A stretch of DNA of 21,007 bases from an uncultured Fibrobacterales bacterium (lineage in GTDB: Bacteria; Fibrobacterota; Fibrobacteria; Fibrobacterales; CAWVXU01): assembly GCA_963934255.1 (NCBI GenBank), contig CAWVXU010000044.1, positions 1-21,007 on the forward strand, read 5' to 3'. Numbering within the stretch: position 1 is the first letter of the stretch; each line of letters opens with the position of its first letter. The notes below the pieces were generated by a model. The model saw nothing but the letters and a program-made list of their open reading frames with translations. It did not search any database and was not told the origin of the DNA. Made by a program: the position numbers and the translations under genes. This document shows positions 8,559 through 16,231 of the stretch, piece after piece.

Positions 8559-8657
8559 ATGCTTAATTCTTTCGCGGCAGAAAATCAATCAAGGTGGAGC
8601 CGAAGTTTTCATTATTCAACCTTGGGTTGGATTCAAGGCGCGACTTTTATTCGTTAA
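8559..8657 (+). CDS. Putative small protein, 32 aa (MLNSFAAENQSRWSRSFHYSTLGWIQGATFIR)
   Basis: GGAGGTGA at 8549-8556, ATG at 8559, TAA at 8655-8657. It ends 10 nt before the stop of the convergent gene. No family recognised. Confidence 0.25.
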   Translation: MLNSFAAENQSRWSRSFHYSTLGWIQGATFIR

Positions 8658-8667
8658 GTTGATGTTC

Positions 8668-9303
8668 TCAGGATTTGAACTTGGGAACATCCTCAAGGTG
8701 AGCATAAGGGTAATCAGCAATTTTAACCATTTTATAATAGTGATCTAACCCCGATATACCCGTTGATCCGAGCGCTTCTAAATCGATTTGACCAGTTTTA
8801 TTGACCATGTTATCTGGGACCTCTATGTGTTTTACCTCTCCAATCACAAGGACCGTCTTATTGATTTCAAGCTTCATTTCTTGAACAAACTTGAGCCCTA
8901 TCTTTAAGGGACTTTCTTTGACAAAAGGGGCTTTAAATCCAGCCTTGTATTCAGGAGTTAGATTGCATTCCTCAAATTCTGAGATGCCCATGGGGAATTT
9001 AGCCGAAGTAAAGTGTGCGTTACAAGTCAGGTGGTTGGGGATGTGGTTGATGGTGTAAGAGCCGGTATCTTTGATGTTTAGGTAGGTACTTGTAGGTGTT
9101 TGTTCTTGTGGTCTGAGTATTAATCCAATTAAGGCTGGTTTACTTCCGAGGTGGATGCAGCTACTCATGATTGCCAGGTTCTCATCGCCACTTTGTGATT
9201 GAGTGCCGACAAGGTTCCCTGGTTTTATTCCTGTAATAGCGTTGATGATATTAATCCGTGTAATATGATCGAGATTGTCCAACTTTTCTTCATCAATATG
9301 CAT
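8668..9303 (-). CDS. Flavin reductase family protein (DIM6/NTAB-like, FMN-binding split barrel)
   Basis: 'INAITGIKPGNLVGT', 'NLAIMSSCIHLGS', 'TYLNIKDTGSYTINHI' and 'APFVKES' segments. Confidence 0.85.
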   Translation of the reverse strand: MHIDEEKLDNLDHITRINIINAITGIKPGNLVGTQSQSGDENLAIMSSCIHLGSKPALIGLILRPQEQTPTSTYLNIKDTGSYTINHIPNHLTCNAHFTSAKFPMGISEFEECNLTPEYKAGFKAPFVKESPLKIGLKFVQEMKLEINKTVLVIGEVKHIEVPDNMVNKTGQIDLEALGSTGISGLDHYYKMVKIADYPYAHLEDVPKFKS

Positions 9304-9309
9304 GGGCGA

Positions 9310-10731
9310 TTACCTTGTTTTTGATAGTTTATTGAGCATGCCATTGAATATATATCCATGCAATGGCACAACAGAATACCAGTAAAGTCTTCCTGCTAAT
9401 CCCAGAGGTCGAAATGTGGCTGTTTGTTTCAATTGTGTTCCTTCAATTTTAAATTCTAACCAAGCCTCTCCAGGAAGCTTCATCTCAGCGAATAAAAGCA
9501 GGTGACCTTCCTCTTTGTTAGCATATAAAACTCTCCAGAAGTCTAGTGGGTCTCCTACATTTAATTCAGTTTGACTTCGCCGACCGCGTCTGAGTCCAAC
9601 TCCGCCAAAAAGCTTATCAAGGTAGCCGCGGACTTTCCAAAGCCAATTCCCATGAAACCAGCCCTTGTCGCCTCCAATAGACCAGATGGCATCAATTGTT
9701 TTATCTTCACTGACAACTTTTTGAGTTCTTTGGTCTTTGAAACATCCGAAAGTAGGAACTTCAATAAAATCAGACACAGTAAATTCATTATCACTACTTG
9801 AATAAGAATCCTTCCATGTGGAGACGATTTCATTTTTTTGGGTTCGATTAAAAGCTTTGATGAGGGAATCTTTATAAGAGATAGGAGCGACATCTAACAG
9901 AGTATTGATATCATTATTTTGACAAACAACTTCAATTTTCATACTATCAACCAAGGATCTTGCCAACCTAAAAGAGGTCGAGGTGACAAAATACAACCAA
10001 TAGGATGAGAGCTTGGGTGTGAGGACCGGAACGGTCCATATATACCTTCGAAGGTTTCGAACTTTTGCAAATATTAAGAGCATTTCTTTATAGGTTAATA
10101 CGTCATTACAGCCTATATCAAAATGTTTATCATAAGTATTAGGGTTTAGGGCGGATCTATATAAAAACAGAAGGACATCGCTAATCCCGATGGGTTGGCA
10201 CCTTGTCATGAGCCATTTAGGTGTTATCATGATCGGTAGTTTCTCTACTAAGTCCCTCATGATTTCAAATGAAGCACTCCCTGAGCCGATAATAATTCCG
10301 GCTCGAAGACTTGTGATGTGGTATGATCCTTTGGATAATTCTAACTCGACATTCTTTCTAGAATTTAAATGATCAGATAATTCAGAATCATTCAAAATAC
10401 CACCTAAATAGATGACTTGCTCACATGATGTTGATGACACTTTTAGTTGAAAATTTGTGGCACAAGTTTTTTCAAAACTAGTGTAATCTGCATGACTTGA
10501 CATTGAGTGGACTAAGTAATATGCAACCTGAATATCATTTGGGATCTCATTGAGCGATTCAGAACTCAATAAATCGCCTTCTATAAGAGTGATTTGCCCA
10601 TCAGTATGTTGAGGCCTGGTGAATCTTTTTTTGTCTCGAACAAGACAAACAACATGGTGGCCTTTTCCTAATAGATAAGGTAGAAGACGTTTGCCAATGT
10701 ATCCTGTAGATCCAGTTAAAAGAATTTTCAT
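9310..10731 (-). CDS. YbjT-like NAD(P)-binding SDR with a C-terminal DUF2867-type domain
   Basis: TGSTGYIG Rossmann motif, YYLVHSM, GSGSASFE, GDPLDFWRV and AEMKLPGEAWLEF. Strong AGGAGGT Shine-Dalgarno site. Confidence 0.9.
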   Translation of the reverse strand: MKILLTGSTGYIGKRLLPYLLGKGHHVVCLVRDKKRFTRPQHTDGQITLIEGDLLSSESLNEIPNDIQVAYYLVHSMSSHADYTSFEKTCATNFQLKVSSTSCEQVIYLGGILNDSELSDHLNSRKNVELELSKGSYHITSLRAGIIIGSGSASFEIMRDLVEKLPIMITPKWLMTRCQPIGISDVLLFLYRSALNPNTYDKHFDIGCNDVLTYKEMLLIFAKVRNLRRYIWTVPVLTPKLSSYWLYFVTSTSFRLARSLVDSMKIEVVCQNNDINTLLDVAPISYKDSLIKAFNRTQKNEIVSTWKDSYSSSDNEFTVSDFIEVPTFGCFKDQRTQKVVSEDKTIDAIWSIGGDKGWFHGNWLWKVRGYLDKLFGGVGLRRGRRSQTELNVGDPLDFWRVLYANKEEGHLLLFAEMKLPGEAWLEFKIEGTQLKQTATFRPLGLAGRLYWYSVVPLHGYIFNGMLNKLSKTR

Positions 10732-10807
10732 TTATACCTCCTATGAACATGATAGCCAATTGACATTGATAATGAAAGCATTACTCGATGAAGTAAAGAA
10801 AAAAGTG

Positions 10808-11482
10808 TTATCTAGGTTGGAAGGGCATAGCTCTCACTATGGGGAGTATCTGTTCTACCCAGAGTGAGTATTGATCAGAGCTTGGATGTAATTGATCTTC
10901 AGCCAGAGTCCCTTGTGCGCTTCGAGAAATGGGAGTAATATCAACAAATGCGACACCCAATTCGTCCGATTTTTCTTTCATATATGAGTTGTATTGGTCT
11001 AATTCAGTCGAGATAATTTCTTGGCGTGATGCTCCAAAGGGAGTATATCCATAGTCTGGGATTGAGACCACAAAGACATTTTCCTTAGAGCCAGCATAGT
11101 CAATGCTCAACTGAATAATACTATCAAATTGAGTTTGAAAATAGGCATAATCCCAACCTCTAAACTGGTTGTTTACTCCAATTTGAAGAGAAACAATATC
11201 AAAGCTTCCAGAATCAATCGGAGTAATGGCTGACAGTAGGTCGGAAGTAGTCCAACCTGTTTTAGCCAAGACGCTAACGGAGTCAAACGACCAACCTAAG
11301 CTATCCACTAATTGAGCAGGCCACATTTGGGTTGAATCTACACTTTCACCGATACTATAAGAGTCCCCCAGGGCGAGAAAATGAATATTTTCTGGTGGAT
11401 GTTCAGTCTTTTCTTCTGAAGCGACAAAGCATCCCATTAAGAATATTGAGACCATGATGATAATGATATTCTGCAGTTTCAT
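10808..11482 (-). CDS. SGNH/GDSL hydrolase lipoprotein
   Basis: GDSY, TGWTT, GVNN and DQLHP blocks; lipobox LMGC. ATG at 11482 with AGGA upstream is preferred to the 11500 start. Confidence 0.88.
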   Translation of the reverse strand: MKLQNIIIIMVSIFLMGCFVASEEKTEHPPENIHFLALGDSYSIGESVDSTQMWPAQLVDSLGWSFDSVSVLAKTGWTTSDLLSAITPIDSGSFDIVSLQIGVNNQFRGWDYAYFQTQFDSIIQLSIDYAGSKENVFVVSIPDYGYTPFGASRQEIISTELDQYNSYMKEKSDELGVAFVDITPISRSAQGTLAEDQLHPSSDQYSLWVEQILPIVRAMPFQPR

Positions 11483-11530
11483 ATTGAGTCCTAAAAACAA
11501 TCTTAGTTAGCTAAGTAAATGTGTGATGTG

Positions 11531-11815
11531 TTATTTCGGCTTGTATTGGGTTCTGCAGTGAAATCTTGTGATTTCGGATGAGCGTTTTGAAAGATGCTTC
11601 ATACTGACTTTCGTATTGACTCGTTTACGCCAATTGCGAAATGAAGTTGGTTTGAGGTTCGTTCGCATGAGGTGAATCACTTGATGCTCATTGATGCCAA
11701 ATTGGTATTCTATGGCTTCAAAAGGTGTTCTATCTTCCCATGCCATTTCTATGATACGGGTAGTGTCTTCAAGCTGAAAGCTTTGTTTTACAGGGCGTGT
11801 AGTTTGTTTTATCAT
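11531..11815 (-). CDS. TIGR03643 family protein (DUF2805)
   Basis: Signature 'RIIEMAWEDRTPFEAIEYQFG...LKPTSFRNWRKRV'. Confidence 0.9.
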   Translation of the reverse strand: MIKQTTRPVKQSFQLEDTTRIIEMAWEDRTPFEAIEYQFGINEHQVIHLMRTNLKPTSFRNWRKRVNTKVSMKHLSKRSSEITRFHCRTQYKPK

Positions 11816-11972
11816 TCAGCTAATTTAGGTTGAAAAATTGTTTGCTGCCAATGTTTTCAGACCAAAGGTAATTTTGGAGGCGTCAAAGGGTTGAATAGGT
11901 ACGACTAGGTTTTCCACATCATCCCTAGAATAATCTACTTTATAAGTAGTTGAAAATTAACGAGGTAATAAC

Positions 11973-12665
11973 ATGAAAAACTACTTAGTCATCGGAGGAT
12001 CAAGTGGGGTCGGGAAATCAATTGTCGATATCCTACAATCTGATAATCACGCTGTAGTATCGAGTTTTCGTTCAAATTCTAAGGAAAGTACCGAAAAAGT
12101 CAAATACTTTCAATTTGATGTCATGACTGATGATCTTGACCTAGATCTACTTCCAGATGAACTTGATGGCTTAGTGTATTGTCCTGGCTCGATTCACCTC
12201 AAGCCATTTCACCAAATCAAAGATGAAGAGTATATGGCAGACTTTCAATTGCAATCACTCGGGGCAGTTCGTGTCATTCGGCGGGTTTTACCCAAGCTAA
12301 AAAAATCAAAAAAAGCAAGTATTGTGTTGTTTTCGACCATTGCTGTGCAGAAAGGGTTTAGTTTTCATGCCTTGGTTTCAATGTCAAAAGGAGCTATTGA
12401 AGGTCTAACCAAAGCACTTGCAGCAGAGTTTGCTCCAATTATCCGAGTCAATGCCGTGGCCCCAGCATTGACAGATACCCCGCTTGCTAATCAGTTACTC
12501 AACTCACCTAAAAAGAGGGAATTTCATTCTGAGAAGAATCCACTCAAAAAAATAGGTACGCCAGAAGATATTGCAGAGGCTGCAGTCTATTTATTATCGG
12601 ACAAATCATCATGGGTCACTGGGCAGATTCTACACATTGATGGTGGATCTTCGGTTATCGGTTAA
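11973..12665 (+). CDS. Short-chain dehydrogenase/reductase, atypical active site
   Basis: GGSSGVG, IRVNAVAP and VTGQILHIDGG motifs. The YxxxK Tyr is replaced (VSMSK). Confidence 0.9.
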   Translation: MKNYLVIGGSSGVGKSIVDILQSDNHAVVSSFRSNSKESTEKVKYFQFDVMTDDLDLDLLPDELDGLVYCPGSIHLKPFHQIKDEEYMADFQLQSLGAVRVIRRVLPKLKKSKKASIVLFSTIAVQKGFSFHALVSMSKGAIEGLTKALAAEFAPIIRVNAVAPALTDTPLANQLLNSPKKREFHSEKNPLKKIGTPEDIAEAAVYLLSDKSSWVTGQILHIDGGSSVIG

Positions 12666-12685
12666 ATTCAAAAGGAAAATATAAT

Positions 12686-13159
12686 ATGTCAGTTTTAAAT
12701 GAAATCAAAGTCGCTAACATTCATGGAGAAGATGTTTCAATGTCTCTCTATGAGGGTCAGTATCTAGTCATTGTGAATGTTGCCTCTGAGTGCGGTTTTA
12801 CCAAACAGTATGAGGGTCTTGAGAAATTACATGATGCGATGAGGGCCGCAGGAGTATCTGTTTTGGGGTTCCCTTGTAACCAATTTGGTGGACAAGAGCC
12901 AGGGACAGAACAAGAAATTATCGAAGGGTGTGTCTTGAGCTTTGGTATTCAATTCCCTATGTTTGCTAAAGTTGAAGTCAATGGTCCGAGCGCTCATGCC
13001 CTTTACCAATTTTTAAAATCCAAACCCGGATTTGAGGAAGATGTAAAATGGAATTTTGAGAAATTTTTAGTTTCTCCTGAGGGAGAAGTGATAAAACGAT
13101 ATCCTTCTAATATTACACCTGAGCAGATTCAAAATGAATTACAAGAAATGATTTCATAA
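12686..13159 (+). CDS. Glutathione peroxidase family protein (Cys-type)
   Basis: VNVASECGFT, LGFPCNQFGGQEPG and WNFEKFL motifs. Confidence 0.95.
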   Translation: MSVLNEIKVANIHGEDVSMSLYEGQYLVIVNVASECGFTKQYEGLEKLHDAMRAAGVSVLGFPCNQFGGQEPGTEQEIIEGCVLSFGIQFPMFAKVEVNGPSAHALYQFLKSKPGFEEDVKWNFEKFLVSPEGEVIKRYPSNITPEQIQNELQEMIS

Positions 13160-13160
13160 G

Positions 13161-13580
13161 ATGAAACACATCACTTGGTATCTTAACAATATAAAATCAA
13201 AGTGGCTCTTTGCTGCTGCTTTGTATAATATCATTTGGGGAGCATGGGTCATTTTGTTCCCACAAGCAATTTTTGATTTGACTGGTATTCCTGCAATGCA
13301 ATACCCTCAAATATGGCAATGCGTGGGTATGATTGTCGGAGTTTACGGTATCGGTTATGGTATAGCTGCAATTGATCCTAATAGACATTGGCCGATTACC
13401 TTTGTTGGCTTATTGGGTAAAATATTGGGTCCCATTGGCTTTCTTTTCTCTGTCATACAGGGTGACTTTCCAGTCTTGTTTGTTTTCACTCTTATTACCA
13501 ATGACTTTATTTGGTGGATTCCTTTCTATGTACTACTGAAAAAAGCTAGGGCTCAATCTCAAAATAAGGAAGCCAATTAA
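13161..13580 (+). CDS. Small four-TM membrane protein, often associated with peroxide/redox genes
   Basis: Hydrophobic segments 'AAALYNIIWG', 'WQCVGMIVGVYGIGY', 'HWPITFVGLLGKILGPIGF' and 'TNDFIWWIPF'. It starts 1 nt after the peroxidase stop. Confidence 0.75.
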   Translation: MKHITWYLNNIKSKWLFAAALYNIIWGAWVILFPQAIFDLTGIPAMQYPQIWQCVGMIVGVYGIGYGIAAIDPNRHWPITFVGLLGKILGPIGFLFSVIQGDFPVLFVFTLITNDFIWWIPFYVLLKKARAQSQNKEAN

Positions 13581-13581
13581 A

Positions 13582-14022
13582 ATGGGTCCTATGAGTGAGT
13601 ATCTTCCCCAATTAGTGGTTTTGGAATTAGTTTCAACATCGTTACTTGTCGGATTGATTTGGGTGATTCAACTGATAGTCTATCCGAGCTTTAAGTACAT
13701 TGCTGAAGAAAAATGGCAATCTTTTCATCAATTACACTCCCACAGAATATCATGCATCGTCACTTGGTTGATGCCCTTAGAATTGATCTTAGCCCTATTG
13801 ATTATATCAAATAGTGAAACATCAGTCTTGGCACTTTTTAGTTTAGCTTTACTAGTTATTGTTTGGCTTTCGACCTTCTTACTTCAGGTACCAGCTCACA
13901 ATAAACTCTCTAAGACTCGCTCTCCAAAAGTGGTTCTATTCCTTATCAATTCGAATTGGTTGAGGACCATTGCTTGGACGCTTAAGTTAGGGGTGATATT
14001 AATCAGCCTGAGTAATAATTGA
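13582..14022 (+). CDS. Conserved four-TM membrane protein (DUF1772-like)
   Basis: 'GLIWVIQLIVYP', 'QVPAHNKL' and 'NWLRTIAW'. The start could be 13591. Confidence 0.7.
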   Translation: MGPMSEYLPQLVVLELVSTSLLVGLIWVIQLIVYPSFKYIAEEKWQSFHQLHSHRISCIVTWLMPLELILALLIISNSETSVLALFSLALLVIVWLSTFLLQVPAHNKLSKTRSPKVVLFLINSNWLRTIAWTLKLGVILISLSNN

Positions 14023-14104
14023 AAGAATGAAACTTTAACATCACAATATTCAGGATAAAATGAAGTTGATAATATGTTTAAAAACAATGGGATGGGTGAT
14101 TTGA

Positions 14105-14542
14105 ATGAAAATAAATGTTAAAACTTTAATCAAAACTGATCTTAAGCTCTTAGAAGTCTTCAATCAATTTAATAAAGAAATGTTTATGTATTTGACTGCA
14201 AACGCACCCGTCAGACCTTTGCGTTATGATGGTGATGAGGTGGGGTCAGAGGTTCATTTACAAATGTTACTTCCATGGAAAGATAAATGGGTGAGTGTGA
14301 TAACGGAGCGTTCACAAGGTGAGGACGAATGTTATTTTGTGGATGAAGGTAAGATACTTCCTTTTAATATAGTGTCTTGGAAGCATAGGCATATCGTACG
14401 AAAAGTTGAGAATGGTGTCATCATAGAAGACGATATTACATTTGAATCTACCAATGGGTTGTTCAATGTCTTTTGGTGGTTTGTATTTGTACCTCAGTTT
14501 TTACTGAGAAAAATCCAATATACTAACTACCTAAAACCCTAA
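14105..14542 (+). CDS. SRPBCC/START-like ligand-binding protein
   Basis: 'WVSVITE...YFVDEG..LPF....WKHRH......G.II.DDITF' pattern. Confidence 0.75.
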   Translation: MKINVKTLIKTDLKLLEVFNQFNKEMFMYLTANAPVRPLRYDGDEVGSEVHLQMLLPWKDKWVSVITERSQGEDECYFVDEGKILPFNIVSWKHRHIVRKVENGVIIEDDITFESTNGLFNVFWWFVFVPQFLLRKIQYTNYLKP

Positions 14543-14596
14543 ACACTAGATTGTTATTAGATCTAACATTCGAGAAAAACAGCTTTTGATGAAGGT

Positions 14597-15442
14597 TTAA
14601 TTCGATTGATATTGTTTGGGGGTGACCCCAAATTTTATTTTAAAAGCCTGAATGAAATTTGAGAGGTTTTTATATCCAATTTCTTGATAAATATCTGAAG
14701 GTCTTTTTGATTCTGTTTTTAATAAGTAAGCAGAATGTTCAAGTCTTTTATCTTGAAACCATTTACTAGGTGAACTCTGAAAATTTTTAAAAAACTCTCT
14801 CTTGAAAGTCGATACACTCATATTGGATAAAAAAGAAAGCTCTTTTATTGTGAGTTTATTCAAACTATTGCTTTCAATAATCTGGATGAATTTTTGATTT
14901 TGATTATCACTATTGTTAATCAAGGAATAAAGAAAGTCTAGCCCATTCATGTCTATAAGGTAAAGCATTATTTCGTCAAACTTTGTTTTCAAAATCTTTT
15001 CTTGAAAAGTATTTGACAGCATAGATATATCGAAAAGACTCTGAGTAAAACTCTTTATAAAAGAATCATATTTAAAGGCAAAAGTCGAATGATGAGTTTT
15101 CAGAGAAGATTTTTCAAACTCAAAGTCAAACTTTTTGATAAAGTTTAAAATTTCATTGGTAGTAAAGAAAAATAGAATACTTCTATAATTCCGTGATTCG
15201 TTAGAAAGTATTTCAGTCATTAAACAATGGCCGGATTTCATTAATAAGAACTCTGAATTATCTATTGCATAAGAAGAATTATCAAAATAAACTTCTTTCG
15301 TTCCAGCTTGAAGAAAACTAAACGTGTTTTGATTTAATAAAACTTGTTGCTTAGAAATTTCATTAACACTTTCGTAATTATAAACACTTATAGGTAGAGA
15401 AGAATCCAAATTTAGTTCGTCTGGCAAAGTAATTGTATTCAT
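14597..15442 (-). CDS. AraC family transcriptional regulator (ExsA/YbcM-like)
   Basis: C-terminal double HTH 'LSNMSVSTFKREF...GYKNLSNFIQAFKIKFGVTPKQY' and a cupin-like N-terminus. Confidence 0.92.
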   Translation of the reverse strand: MNTITLPDELNLDSSLPISVYNYESVNEISKQQVLLNQNTFSFLQAGTKEVYFDNSSYAIDNSEFLLMKSGHCLMTEILSNESRNYRSILFFFTTNEILNFIKKFDFEFEKSSLKTHHSTFAFKYDSFIKSFTQSLFDISMLSNTFQEKILKTKFDEIMLYLIDMNGLDFLYSLINNSDNQNQKFIQIIESNSLNKLTIKELSFLSNMSVSTFKREFFKNFQSSPSKWFQDKRLEHSAYLLKTESKRPSDIYQEIGYKNLSNFIQAFKIKFGVTPKQYQSN

Positions 15443-15488
15443 TGGATTCTCATTCTCTCTAAAGATAAAGATAACACCTCACTAGTTA

Positions 15489-15547
15489 GAAAATCAAAGA
15501 ATTTCTATTGTAATTCTTTCAATACGATAGAAAACTCTATGATTTTC
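15489..15547. repeat. Long imperfect palindrome between the YbhB/YbcL and AraC genes
   Basis: GAAAATCA/TGATTTTC, AGA/TCT and TTTCTATTGTA/TACGATAGAAA are nested, giving 22 pairs (one G-T) in 59 nt. Confidence 0.65.
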
Positions 15548-15576
15548 AGACCCATGAATTAGGAAGGTTTTTCCTA

Positions 15577-16077
15577 TTAGCTTCTTTGGAAATAAGTCAC
15601 AATACTTGCTTTTGAAATAGTGTTTTCCCAAAGATTGTAACCTATAATGGCGGGATTTATGTTTTCATCTAAGCCCAATGATTCTACTTTTAAAGCATGA
15701 ACGGTGATGATGTATTGATGCCACCCATGACCTTCGGGAGGACAGGGACCACCATACCCTTGAGTGCCATAGTTATTTACGCTTTGAATAGAATTTGCAG
15801 GAGCTAAATTTAATGCAACAGTTCCTGCGTTTTCAACTAACTGATTCACATCACTTGGAATATCAAATATAACCCAATGCCACCATCCACTGCCTGTTGG
15901 TGCATCAGGATCATACATCGTTACTGCAAAGCTTTTTGTTCCTTCAGGTGCGTTTTCCCAAGACAATTGTGGAGATATGTTGTTACCAACACTTCCCCAA
16001 TCGTTGAATGCTTGATTAATTGTTGCTTCTCCGCCAAGAGTGTAACTTTTTAAGGTAAATGTTTCTGTACTTTTCAT
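15577..16077 (-). CDS. YbhB/YbcL family PEBP (Raf kinase inhibitor-like) protein
   Basis: SPQLSW, YDPDAPTGSGWWHW and YGGPCPP motifs; GGAG upstream. Confidence 0.93.
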   Translation of the reverse strand: MKSTETFTLKSYTLGGEATINQAFNDWGSVGNNISPQLSWENAPEGTKSFAVTMYDPDAPTGSGWWHWVIFDIPSDVNQLVENAGTVALNLAPANSIQSVNNYGTQGYGGPCPPEGHGWHQYIITVHALKVESLGLDENINPAIIGYNLWENTISKASIVTYFQRS

Positions 16078-16231
16078 GAAAACTCCGAGTCTGTTTACGT
16101 TCCATATTAATATAGGTTTAGTCTCCTAGCTATTGCTAAGTAGAAAAGACCAAAAAGTATTGATAAAAGTTCATTATAATTTCTTGTATGAACTGTATTC
16201 CTCAACCTTTTAAAGGTGTGAATCAAGTATC

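Noticed and set aside
8414..8626. Retron msr-msd bounded by a1/a2 inverted repeats
   Set aside because: There is no reverse transcriptase in the window and no long msd stem.
12686..13159. Selenocysteine glutathione peroxidase
   Set aside because: The active-site codon is TGC (Cys), not TGA.
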